Source: Stellaceae bacterium (GTDB lineage Bacteria; Pseudomonadota; Alphaproteobacteria; ATCC43930; CGMCC-115725). From it: a stretch of 64,000 bases of DNA. The notes beneath the pieces are model-generated. The model had not been told where the DNA came from. It searched no databases and saw nothing but the letters and a program-made list of their open reading frames with translations. Position 1 is the stretch's first letter. Each line of letters starts with the position of its first letter. A program made the position numbers and the translations under genes. The DNA lies in the NCBI GenBank assembly GCA_036490955.1, contig DASXCX010000080.1, positions 4,906-68,905 of the forward strand, given 5' to 3'. Positions 51,751 through 59,686 of the stretch are shown in pieces.

Positions 51751-51954
51751 GTAGGGCGCTCTCCAAAGCGGTAGAGCTGCGATCATGCTCTCGAAAAAAG
51801 CTGTTGACAATAGACACACTCCATAGGCTCCGCTGTCAGCCACAGACACTAGCGATGGTGTCTCGGTCCTTCACCGGATCGCGGGCGCGCCGAACTCCAA
51901 GGCGGTACGCGCCCGCTTCCGGTGAGCGAGGCGAGTTTTCCGCAGCGGGCTTCC

Positions 51955-52055
51955 TGGCAGGTTCACCCGTTGCGGCTTTGGAGGCGAGCGATCGCCAGTG
52001 AGGCGGCGAAGAGGGGAAACCTTCCTCGCCGCCTCCAAATCCCCTGAACCTGCCA
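51955..52055. repeat. Nested/alternative inverted repeats (~100 nt structured element)
   Basis: Outer stem TGGCAGGTTCA (51955..51965) / TGAACCTGCCA (52045..52055). Inner stem TTTGGAGGCG (51977..51986) / CGCCTCCAAA (52030..52039). This competes with GAGGCGGCGA (52000..52009) / TCGCCGCCTC (52026..52035). Confidence 0.6.
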
Positions 52056-52104
52056 ACGGCGCGCGCGCAGCGCGCGACCGGCGAACGGTGAAGGAAGGTG
52101 GACG

Positions 52105-52512
52105 ATGAACATCGGTCGTTTAGTCCGAGCGCAAGAGCCCGGCGAATTTATCGGCAACATCACGACGCGAACGCTCGCCTTGCAGCTCGTCATGCGGCAA
52201 AGCATCCGCTGGAAATCGGCGGATAAAAATTCGCCGAAGTATGAACTCTTCGAGCGATCGCGGCATGGCGAAGTGGCGATCGGCATGGCGTGGGAAAAGA
52301 CGGCGCATACAGTCGACAATCTCGGCCGAAAATATCTCTCGCTGTTGCTCGATGATCCATCCTTCGATCAGCAGCTGCAATGCAGCGGCTTCGAGACCGA
52401 GGACGGCTACGACATCGTGTGGCAGCGGCCGCGCGACGATCGCAACTTTCGCCCTGATCCTGGGCGCGCGGCTGATCGACGCGACGATCCGGAAGTGTTC
52501 AATCGCGGGTGA
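52105..52512 (+). CDS. DUF736-domain protein
   Basis: 135 aa. IGNITTRTLALQLVM...KNSPKYELF...EVAIGMAWEK...YLSLLLDDPSF...YDIVWQRPR is the DUF736 pattern known from alphaproteobacterial plasmids and ICEs. GAAGGAAGG RBS. Confidence 0.7.
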   Translation: MNIGRLVRAQEPGEFIGNITTRTLALQLVMRQSIRWKSADKNSPKYELFERSRHGEVAIGMAWEKTAHTVDNLGRKYLSLLLDDPSFDQQLQCSGFETEDGYDIVWQRPRDDRNFRPDPGRAADRRDDPEVFNRG

Positions 52513-52844
52513 TGCGCGAGCTGGCGAATCATCGCGCGTGGCGCATCGGGATGCACGGTTACAAAATCACCGTGCATCCCGTGCACGCGTTCCCGTTCAT
52601 CGAGCAACGCGATATCGAATTGCAGCAGCGAGGCGCGGACTGGTGGTGCGTCGCGGTGTGGCGCTTAGAAAGCGCGGAGCCCATCACACTCGATCACTGG
52701 GCGCGTCTCGATCGCGAGCGTCTCGCGTTGCAGCTCTACGATTGCGCATATCTTCGCGAGCATCATCCGATCGTAGACATGCGAGCCGTTTACGACCATT
52801 GCGCGACGTGGATGGAACACGAAATCAGGAGACGCGCCGCATGA
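52509..52844 (+). CDS. Hypothetical protein (element early region)
   Basis: 111 aa. GTGA/ATG overlap with the upstream gene. Confidence 0.5.
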   Translation: MMRELANHRAWRIGMHGYKITVHPVHAFPFIEQRDIELQQRGADWWCVAVWRLESAEPITLDHWARLDRERLALQLYDCAYLREHHPIVDMRAVYDHCATWMEHEIRRRAA

Positions 52845-52915
52845 TTTGGCCGATTGTAAGCGTCGCGGTGATTTTTTCCTTCAGGTTTCGTCGGCGCGCG
52901 TGGTGGGACGAATGA
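52841..52915 (+). CDS. 24-aa hydrophobic micro-ORF
   Basis: MIWPIVSVAVIFSFRFRRRAWWDE. ATGA overlaps at both ends; AGGAG lies 9 nt upstream. Confidence 0.35.
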   Translation: MIWPIVSVAVIFSFRFRRRAWWDE

Positions 52916-53094
52916 TTTGGCTCATGCATCGCTGGCACGCGCGGCGCGAGATGCGTCGTGCATGGCGTCATATCAAGGATAGCGCGCGGCAGATGCGCCA
53001 GGATCGCGAAGTCGTCGCCGATCTCCATCTCAGCGAGGCGATCACGGCGTTGCGCTATGCTCGCTCCTGGCTTTACGAGGGACATTCTCGCTAG
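52912..53094 (+). CDS. Hypothetical 60-aa basic protein
   Basis: MIWLMHRWHARREMRRAW... ATGA-coupled to the micro-ORF. Confidence 0.45.
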   Translation: MIWLMHRWHARREMRRAWRHIKDSARQMRQDREVVADLHLSEAITALRYARSWLYEGHSR

Positions 53095-53098
53095 CGAC

Positions 53099-54223
53099 AT
53101 GTCGAGCGCCCTTGTCAATATCGCACACAGCTTTTCCGCTTCGCCCGATATCGTCAATATCGCACACAGCTTTTCCGCTTCGCCCGATATCGAAGGCAGG
53201 CGGCGGCTGTTTCAGCTGCACGCAACGGCGGCGCGGATCATGCGAGACGAGCGCGTCGCGACATGCGGCCGGCGCTCGATCTTCAGCCATGTCGACGTGC
53301 GTTGCGGCGATCGCGCATCCTTCGGTGGCGTCGAGACGTGCGGCTCGGTTTGGATGTGCCCGAAATGCGCCTCGCGCATCGCTGAGGGCCGTCGCCAAGA
53401 AATCCGCGCGCTCGCCGATCAGCATTGCCGCTCGGGTGGCGCGATCTACATGGCCGCGTTCACCATCCCGCATCAAGCGTGGGACAGGCTCGACGTGCGA
53501 GATGCTGAGGGAAAGCGAACCGATCAAGGATTGTTAGGCGCAATTTCGAAGTCTTGGTCAAAGATGATCAGCGGAAGAGCATGGCAACGTGAGTACGAAA
53601 AAGCGGGATGCAGCGGCGGCGTTAGAGCGTTGGAAGTTACTCACGGTCGCAATGGTTGGCATCCCCACCTGCACGCTGTTTTTTTTCTTTCATCGGACGA
53701 TGCCGCTGCTGAGTTCGGAGTTTTTCTTTTCGAGCGTTGGGCTCGCATCGTTCAACGTATGGGTTTCGGAGATTGCAATGCGAATATATGGCGCTTTGAG
53801 AAAGCCGCGAACTACGACGCGGTGACCGACTACGTCGTCAAAGGCAATTTCGATATGGAGTTGACGCGCGGGCACATGAAGCTCGCGAAGGGCGGCGGTC
53901 GATCGCCCTGGCAGCTCCTCGCCGATGCTCGCTTAGGCGACAATCGCGCGGTGTGGCTCTTCCGCGAATTCGCGACGGCGTTCAAGGGTGCGCGCCAATT
54001 GACTTGGTTCGGCGATCTTCGTGAGGCGCGTAGCGATCTAGACATTGCGAGCGCCGAGGAATCATCGCCGATCATCGGGCGCATTTCACGTCGCGCATTC
54101 TCGACAATCCATGCGCGCGGCGTTGCGTGCGACGTGCTGGAAGCGGCCGAGCGTGGCGGTTGGGGCGCGGTGTTGGAATTTTTAGCAGGGGAGGGGATAT
54201 GTCCCGATCTCAAATCGACGTAG
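53099..54223 (+). CDS. HUH rolling-circle replication initiator (Rep_1/pC194-phage type)
   Basis: Track ORF 52958..54223 trimmed to MSSALVN (ATG 53099). Zn-finger-like CGSVWMCPKC, HUH motif WHPHLHAVFF, and Tyr motif DYVVKG. Confidence 0.75.
   Translation: MSSALVNIAHSFSASPDIVNIAHSFSASPDIEGRRRLFQLHATAARIMRDERVATCGRRSIFSHVDVRCGDRASFGGVETCGSVWMCPKCASRIAEGRRQEIRALADQHCRSGGAIYMAAFTIPHQAWDRLDVRDAEGKRTDQGLLGAISKSWSKMISGRAWQREYEKAGCSGGVRALEVTHGRNGWHPHLHAVFFLSSDDAAAEFGVFLFERWARIVQRMGFGDCNANIWRFEKAANYDAVTDYVVKGNFDMELTRGHMKLAKGGGRSPWQLLADARLGDNRAVWLFREFATAFKGARQLTWFGDLREARSDLDIASAEESSPIIGRISRRAFSTIHARGVACDVLEAAERGGWGAVLEFLAGEGICPDLKST
53114..53191 (+). repeat. Perfect 39-bp tandem duplication (2 copies) in the 5' end of rep
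   Basis: GTCAATATCGCACACAGCTTTTCCGCTTCGCCCGATATC at 53114..53152 and 53153..53191. It is in frame (VNIAHSFSASPDI x2). The junction creates the hairpin CGATAT-cgtca-ATATCG. Confidence 0.95.
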
Positions 54224-54390
54224 TGATGCGTCACGTCGACAAACTCAAAGCAAGCGCATCGTTGACCGCGCTCGCGCCGAATGCGGCTCCGTTCGCGGAA
54301 GCGATCATGGCGCAGCTCGTCGACCTGGAAAATCGTATTGACGCGCTTCAGCGCGCCGTCGACGCGATGCGCGGAGCGCCGATCCTGTGA
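54199..54390 (+). CDS. Hypothetical 63-aa helical protein
   Basis: MSRSQIDVVMRHVDKLK... GGAGGGG lies immediately upstream of ATG 54199. Confidence 0.5.
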   Translation: MSRSQIDVVMRHVDKLKASASLTALAPNAAPFAEAIMAQLVDLENRIDALQRAVDAMRGAPIL

Positions 54391-54773
54391 AACAAGGCCC
54401 GCGCAACGTCGCGCTCGGCGCGATCTCTTGTCCGCTGTGTCACGAAGATATGCGCGTGACGACGAACAAGGAAGGTTATCCCACGGCGTATTGCGCGCCG
54501 TGTCGCTGTCAGCTCCAAGTCCGCGCGCCGCAAGGCTCGCTGCTACTTCTCGGAAAGGTTCACGAATGGCAAGGCAACGAAGCAATCGCCGAAATGGTCG
54601 ACGCAGCAGACGCGCGCGTGATGTACCAGAAGCTCCCCGCGTTGAAACCCCCGAAGCTGCCGCCTCACTTGAGCTCGACGAAGCCGGCTTCCTCAAAGAC
54701 GACAACGCCGGAACCGGAGAAGCCGAAGGATCAGCCGGCAAAGGGCCGCACGTTTCTGGGTCTGCCGCTCTAG
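54387..54773 (+). CDS. Zinc-ribbon protein with Pro/Lys-rich tail
   Basis: CPLC...CAPC four-Cys ribbon. GTG start overlaps the upstream stop. Confidence 0.5.
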   Translation: MKQGPRNVALGAISCPLCHEDMRVTTNKEGYPTAYCAPCRCQLQVRAPQGSLLLLGKVHEWQGNEAIAEMVDAADARVMYQKLPALKPPKLPPHLSSTKPASSKTTTPEPEKPKDQPAKGRTFLGLPL

Positions 54774-54778
54774 AGGAC

Positions 54779-55174
54779 ATGATTGCCGAAGCCGCGGCGT
54801 CGCCGCTCGGCAATAGCGGCGCGCCGCCGATCGACGCGCCGAAGGTCGAGCCTGCGCTGACGGCGGTCAACTTTCCCGGCATCTGCATGGGCGCTTCGGT
54901 GCTCATGTCGCTGGGCCTGAGCAAAATCGGTTTCGGCGCGCTGACCGAGAAGGAAGGCGAGGCGCTGACCAATTCCATGTTGCGCGTGGTGACGGCATTC
55001 GAGATTTCCATCGGCGATCCGCGCACGGCGGCGGTCCTCGATCTCGGCGGCACGCTCACCGCGATCATGTTGCCGCGTATCATGGACGACATGGCGCGGC
55101 GCAAAGTGCGCAACGCTTCGCCGACGCAAGCGGCGGCGAACGATCGCGCGGCCGATGAGCCTGCATCAGCCTGA
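54779..55174 (+). CDS. Hypothetical membrane protein
   Basis: This is the C-terminal part of track ORF 54281..55174, from MIAEAAASPL. It has hydrophobic segments FPGICMGASVLMSLGL and AAVLDLGGTLTAIML. Confidence 0.5.
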   Translation: MIAEAAASPLGNSGAPPIDAPKVEPALTAVNFPGICMGASVLMSLGLSKIGFGALTEKEGEALTNSMLRVVTAFEISIGDPRTAAVLDLGGTLTAIMLPRIMDDMARRKVRNASPTQAAANDRAADEPASA

Positions 55175-55751
55175 CAATCGGCTTTATCTCGGCATGGGCG
55201 GGAGCGGCAAAACGTGGCTCGCGCTGCGTCATGCCGATGCCTTCGACCGCGTCGTGTACGTTCGGCCGGAAGATCGTGAGCGCGCGCCCTATCCCGAGAC
55301 GCGCGATCGCATCGCCCTATGCCGCGCGATGCAGCAGCCGCGCTTTGCGGTGACGTTCACGACCGACGCCAACCCGGAGCTCTGGGAATGGGCGAACCGG
55401 GCAGCGATGGCGCGCGGTGACTGTCTCGTGATTTGGGAAGAGGCGTCATCGCTCGGCGACGGCAAGCCGCGCCTCCCAACCCATGCTCATGCGCTATGGA
55501 TGCGCGGCCGTCATGCGCGCTGCCGGGTGTTTGCCTGTTCGCAGCGGCCGTCGCGTATCTCACGCGATTGTACGGCGAACTTGAGCCGCGCCGTGATCTT
55601 CGCGACGACGGAGCCGAACGACCTAAAATTCTACCGGGACATGATCGGCGATCGCGCGGCGATCGAGCGCATCCGCTCTCTAGCGAGGTATGAGGCGGTC
55701 GATTTCAACCCTTTGGGAGGCTGGACGGTCAAGAAATCGCCCTTCGACTAG
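55155..55751 (+). CDS. FtsK/HerA-superfamily P-loop ATPase (candidate genome-packaging ATPase)
   Basis: 198 aa with no TM segment. Walker A GMGGSGKT, Walker B CLVIWEEAS, and the RGRH...SQRPSRIS motif typical of the HerA/FtsK clade. Confidence 0.7.
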   Translation: MSLHQPDNRLYLGMGGSGKTWLALRHADAFDRVVYVRPEDRERAPYPETRDRIALCRAMQQPRFAVTFTTDANPELWEWANRAAMARGDCLVIWEEASSLGDGKPRLPTHAHALWMRGRHARCRVFACSQRPSRISRDCTANLSRAVIFATTEPNDLKFYRDMIGDRAAIERIRSLARYEAVDFNPLGGWTVKKSPFD

Positions 55752-55840
55752 CTCGCTAGCGTAACGGCTTTTTCCCCAATGGCATGAAAAATGTCGTAGC
55801 GATGGTCAGGGCGATTTTGCCTCGAACCCCGGAGGGGAAC

Positions 55841-55927
55841 ATGTCTGTTCGGTCCATTGCCATGACCACGGTCGCGCTCTTCGTCGCGATCTACATCTAC
55901 GACAAGGTCAAGGGCTCGCTGCCCTGA
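55841..55927 (+). CDS. 28-aa single-TM peptide
   Basis: Below the ORF-track cut-off. MSVRSIAMTTVALFVAIYIYDKVKGSLP, with GGAGGGG RBS. Confidence 0.45.
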   Translation: MSVRSIAMTTVALFVAIYIYDKVKGSLP

Positions 55928-55973
55928 TCGGCCGTTAAGCGTCCCGCCTTAAGAACACAGAGGACTTCGCAAA

Positions 55974-57050
55974 ATGGCGATCAGCAATCAGTTCAAGCTG
56001 GTAAACCGAATTGGCACCTTCGCGCAGACGGTCGGCCGTCAGCCGCTCAATCTCGACGTAGGCGCGCCGCTCACCGGCATCGATATCCGGTTGCGTTACA
56101 CCGTCGCGACGGGAGCGACCGCGCCGACAGGCGTTCAGTACGGCGCGGTGTTTCAACTCGCGCAGCTCATCCAGCGCATGGAGCTGGTGGTCAATGGCGA
56201 GGACACCGTCATGTCGGTGCAGCCGTGGCTTTACATCGCGCGTTTCGCACAAGAGCGTGGCGGCCTTTTCCCGCGCGGCTTCGAGACGCCGATCAACATG
56301 GCGGCGAACCAGAACACGAACGTGGACGTCCATATCCCGATCCACTTCGATCTCATTCGCGGTCGCAAGCGCAATGACTGCGCGGTCGACCTTCGCGGCA
56401 TCCGCGCGGCGCAGCTCTATCTGACGTTCGGCGGCGCGGCCAATCTCTTTGGCGTGCCCGGCGCGACGGTGGCGATCTCGAATATCATCGTCGATATCGA
56501 GGCCACCTACATCGAGCAAGTGCCCGCGCGCGACAAGAACGGCAAGCCGATCCTCTTCGCGGTGCGCCAGCTCGACGAGCTAACGCTGCCGCTTCCGGGA
56601 GCGAACAATCAGACGACGCTCGACATCGATCAGCGGACGGGCGTCAACCTGATTTCGCTGGGCATGTTCTTTGATACGCTCATCGGCGGCGTGCATGGTG
56701 GCGACGATACCGGTCTCATCAACGGCGCGACGTTCCAGGGCGATTTGAAGCTGCGCAGCGGCGGCAGCTACTTCGGCGTGACGCAAGCGGCCTTCGTCAA
56801 GGCGCGTGCGCGCGACGAAATGCGCTTGATCAACGCCGGGCAGGCGCTCGACGTGGCGTCGATGCTCAATCCGGAGTTCCCCGGCTTCTTCTTCTGGGAT
56901 CAGCGTTACGACGGCAAATTGTCGACCGGCATTCCGACGGGTGCGCTGGACGCCAATTTGCAGCTCTTGCTCAACCAGAATTTCAACACGGGCAACACGA
57001 CGCTTTTCGTTCAACGCGAAAGCGTGCGTCCGCTGAACGTCGGTATCTAA
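55974..57050 (+). CDS. Candidate major capsid protein (beta-rich, jelly-roll type suspected)
   Basis: 358 aa with no TM segment, rich in beta-prone residues. Lies directly after the ATPase and is followed by a strong hairpin. This is assigned from position and composition, not from a recognised motif. Confidence 0.5.
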   Translation: MAISNQFKLVNRIGTFAQTVGRQPLNLDVGAPLTGIDIRLRYTVATGATAPTGVQYGAVFQLAQLIQRMELVVNGEDTVMSVQPWLYIARFAQERGGLFPRGFETPINMAANQNTNVDVHIPIHFDLIRGRKRNDCAVDLRGIRAAQLYLTFGGAANLFGVPGATVAISNIIVDIEATYIEQVPARDKNGKPILFAVRQLDELTLPLPGANNQTTLDIDQRTGVNLISLGMFFDTLIGGVHGGDDTGLINGATFQGDLKLRSGGSYFGVTQAAFVKARARDEMRLINAGQALDVASMLNPEFPGFFFWDQRYDGKLSTGIPTGALDANLQLLLNQNFNTGNTTLFVQRESVRPLNVGI

Positions 57051-57060
57051 TACTCGCGGA

Positions 57061-57099
57061 GGCGGCGCGCCGAGGCCGGTCTATAGGCAGCGCGCCGCC
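57061..57099 (+). terminator. Stem-loop after the capsid-candidate gene (possible attenuating terminator)
   Basis: GGCGGCGCGC (57061..57070) / GCGCGCCGCC (57090..57099), a perfect 10-bp stem. There is no T-tract. Confidence 0.35.
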
Positions 57100-57127
57100 C
57101 ATCCTCGATTAACTTCGCGAGGCGAGC

Positions 57128-57454
57128 ATGGACGAAAGCGCGGACACTCTCGACCTGGGCAGCGATCCGCTTGACGTTTTCTCGCAAGGCGGCAGCGGGA
57201 CGGTCGACACGCCGGCCGACAATCCGTCGAACGGCATCGATCTAAATTCGCTTCTCGGCAATCTGACGGGCGCGGCGACGACGGCTTTCACGGCGGCGCA
57301 GAACAGCGCGGCGGCGCAGTCGATCGCGCAAGCGCAGATCGCGGCGAGCGCGGCGAGCCCTGGCAACCCGCTGGCGATCCTCTCGACCGTCAATCCCACC
57401 TATCTGTGGATCGGTGCCGGCATCATCGTCCTCGCGCTGATCCTGAGGAAGTAG
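57128..57454 (+). CDS. Tail-anchored small membrane protein (acidic N-terminus, C-terminal TM plus basic end)
   Basis: MDESADTLDLGSD...YLWIGAGIIVLALILRK. Confidence 0.6.
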   Translation: MDESADTLDLGSDPLDVFSQGGSGTVDTPADNPSNGIDLNSLLGNLTGAATTAFTAAQNSAAAQSIAQAQIAASAASPGNPLAILSTVNPTYLWIGAGIIVLALILRK

Positions 57455-57458
57455 CGCG

Positions 57459-57818
57459 ATGCGTTTTGATGCGCGCATAGGCGAATGGATCGAGCCTAGC
57501 GATCGGCTCTGTTCGCTTTTCGATCTTGGCGCGAAGGTATCCGGCAACACTGACAGCACGGCGACGCAAACGTCGAGCGTGAGCTTCATCCCGAGCGTCA
57601 GCAACAATTCATCGCAGCCGCTGGTGTCGAGCTTTCCGGCCGGGCAGGGCCTGTCGACGCTCAACACAGCCTTGCCCGGCTCCGCGGCGTTCCTGCCGTC
57701 GACCTATGCCGGCTTGACGACGGACACGGCTAGCTCGACCACGCCGTCGCTGACCACGCTGTTGCTGCTGGGCGCGCTCGCGGCCGGCGCATTCTTCCTC
57801 TTGCGGAAGCACCTATGA
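57459..57818 (+). CDS. Tail-anchored small membrane protein
   Basis: ...GQGLSTLNTALPGSA...LLLLGALAAGAFFLLRKHL. Shares the GLSTLNTALP motif with the next gene. Confidence 0.6.
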   Translation: MRFDARIGEWIEPSDRLCSLFDLGAKVSGNTDSTATQTSSVSFIPSVSNNSSQPLVSSFPAGQGLSTLNTALPGSAAFLPSTYAGLTTDTASSTTPSLTTLLLLGALAAGAFFLLRKHL

Positions 57819-58183
57819 GCGCGGGGCTTGTGCCGATCGACGTATCCATCGCCGCGCCGGCGAGCGGGACGTTTGAGAGCGGCGCTGAGAACGATCTTGG
57901 CTTGTCGTTCAATCCGGGCTTTGTCGTCGGTCCGGGCTTCCTGACGCAAAGCGGTACGGCATCGCCTTCGGCGTCGAGCAGCCAGGAAAGCTTCCCGTCG
58001 TCGAGTTCGCCCGCGACGGCGTTGGCCAATCCGCCTGCCGGAATTGGCCTATCGACCCTGAACACCGCGCTGCCGAATTCGGCCGGCGCGCTCGCCACGA
58101 CGTCGACGGCAAGCAGCTCGCTTCTGCTGTGGCTGCTGATCGGCGGCGCGGCAATTCTTCTTTTGAGCGGAGGGAAACGCTGA
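57815..58183 (+). CDS. Tail-anchored small membrane protein (paralogue of 57459..57818)
   Basis: ...GIGLSTLNTALPNSA...LLLWLLIGGAAILLLSGGKR. ATGA overlap with the upstream gene. Confidence 0.6.
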   Translation: MSAGLVPIDVSIAAPASGTFESGAENDLGLSFNPGFVVGPGFLTQSGTASPSASSSQESFPSSSSPATALANPPAGIGLSTLNTALPNSAGALATTSTASSSLLLWLLIGGAAILLLSGGKR

Positions 58184-58317
58184 TGGCGTGGGGCAACTCG
58201 AGCGACAACGGTATCCGGGCGAGCGGCGGAACGATCGGCATGTTGCTGGTCGTCGGCGGCGCGCTGCTGGCGTTGTGGATGATTCATCCGAAATTCTCCG
58301 CGAGCCTCGGGCGGTGA
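58183..58317 (+). CDS. 44-aa single-TM protein
   Basis: MAWGNSSDNGIRASGGTIGMLLVVGGALLALWMIHPKF..., overlapping the upstream stop. Confidence 0.45.
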   Translation: MAWGNSSDNGIRASGGTIGMLLVVGGALLALWMIHPKFSASLGR

Positions 58318-58623
58318 ATGTGCGGCGGCAGCTCGTCATCGCAAACATCGGCGACGTCGACCAACACGACGGCGGTCACGAGTGTCAGCAACGTTACAAC
58401 CAATGTGCCGATCACCGTCGACACGTCGGATTTGGCGGACGCGTTGAAGGCGCTCGCGGGTGCGGACGAGGTGGGCGCGGTCGTGTCGGGCGCGGCGCAA
58501 GTGCAAAGCGCGAAGATCGCCGCGAGCGCCGGGCCTTCATGGTCGACGATCATCACGATCGGCGGCGCGTTGATCGGTATCGCGATCGCGCTGCATCTCA
58601 TCAAGGTAAAGGGCTTTAAATGA
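58318..58623 (+). CDS. Tail-anchored small membrane protein (Ser/Thr-rich N-terminus)
   Basis: MCGGSSSSQTSATS...WSTIITIGGALIGIAIALHLIKVKGFK. Confidence 0.55.
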   Translation: MCGGSSSSQTSATSTNTTAVTSVSNVTTNVPITVDTSDLADALKALAGADEVGAVVSGAAQVQSAKIAASAGPSWSTIITIGGALIGIAIALHLIKVKGFK

Positions 58624-59453
58624 CGACGCGCAATCGCCCGAATTACCAGATCTATTATCTGCCGCTGACGAACGCCGGGCAGATGGACGTGCCGGCGATC
58701 GGCACGCGCGTTGCGATGCTCGGGTGCTTCACCGGCGCGACGGTGATTTTCAGCGGCGGCGCTCAGCAGCTCGCGGGCGGTACGCCAACAGCGGGCACGG
58801 TCAATGTCCAGGTTGGCAAGACGCTGGGCGACGGCATTCCCTTCGCGCCGGGCAACAAGCTTCGCGTCGATAACAAATTTGATTTTCTGCGTTTCAGTTG
58901 GTCGGCGCAGGCCGGTGTCATCGCGATCATGGCTGTCAGCGACGACGCGGAAGGCAACGGCATCGAATTCGACGCGCCGCCTGCCGTCGCGCTCGGCAAC
59001 TTCACGCTGCAACAAGGCGGCAACGTCGCTCAGGTCGATTTCAACGGCGCGCTACAGGTGCAGCTCCGCGACGTGTTCGGCGGCTTGATCGGCGAGGGTG
59101 ATCCGTCGAGCGGCGGCCTGCGCGTCGACAATTCAACGCGCATCGGCGCATCGTCTGTCTCGCTCAATGGGCCGGCGGCAGGCGCGACGACGATCCTGGC
59201 GGCAGGATCAAACACAAACGGCGTCACGGTGAAGGCCGGCTTCACTGTGCTCGGCGGCTCAGCGGTTTTCTTGCAGCTCTGTAGTGGCGCGACGCCGCCC
59301 ACGTCGCTGACAAGCAATCCGTCACTGCTCACGGGTTTCAGCACCTTCGGCGTGCTTCCCGAGGATATCTATTTGCCGCCAGGGCAAGGGCTATATGCGT
59401 GGGAAGGCTCGGCCGGCGCTGGCGGCATGTTCGGAACCTACACGGTGCATTGA
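58620..59453 (+). CDS. Candidate vertex/spike (receptor-binding) protein
   Basis: 277 aa, Gly/Ala/Val/Thr-rich, beta-prone, no TM segment. Assigned from position after the membrane-protein cluster. Confidence 0.4.
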   Translation: MTTRNRPNYQIYYLPLTNAGQMDVPAIGTRVAMLGCFTGATVIFSGGAQQLAGGTPTAGTVNVQVGKTLGDGIPFAPGNKLRVDNKFDFLRFSWSAQAGVIAIMAVSDDAEGNGIEFDAPPAVALGNFTLQQGGNVAQVDFNGALQVQLRDVFGGLIGEGDPSSGGLRVDNSTRIGASSVSLNGPAAGATTILAAGSNTNGVTVKAGFTVLGGSAVFLQLCSGATPPTSLTSNPSLLTGFSTFGVLPEDIYLPPGQGLYAWEGSAGAGGMFGTYTVH

Positions 59454-59455
59454 TC

Positions 59456-59686
59456 ATGACAGTCGAGATTGGTCGGAACGTCACCAATTTTGCGAACGGG
59501 TCGAGCGTCGTCGCTGTGACGACGGCAACGCTACCCGACGAAACCAAGCCCGTGAGCCAGGACAACGCGCCGAGCGCCGTTGCCACGGCTTACACGATCA
59601 CGGCGGGACCGGACGGCGCGATGCCGCCCGGCTATCCCGATGCATTTCCCGGCGCGACGGTGAGCGACAATGATCAAACCGGCTGA
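59456..59686 (+). CDS. Hypothetical 76-aa protein
   Basis: Trimmed to MTVEIGRNVTNF (ATG 59456). Confidence 0.45.
   Translation: MTVEIGRNVTNFANGSSVVAVTTATLPDETKPVSQDNAPSAVATAYTITAGPDGAMPPGYPDAFPGATVSDNDQTG

Noticed and set aside
50515-51849. Single 444-aa ORF covering the HTH region and MazG
   Set aside because: It is two unrelated domains from two origins, phage HTH and host MazG, joined only because no stop codon happens to fall in the frame across the left dif-like junction. MazG has its own Met (51318) at the normal N-terminus.
53114-53191. Possible CRISPR array
   Set aside because: There are only two directly abutting identical copies with no spacers, inside a coding frame. No cas genes are present anywhere in the window.
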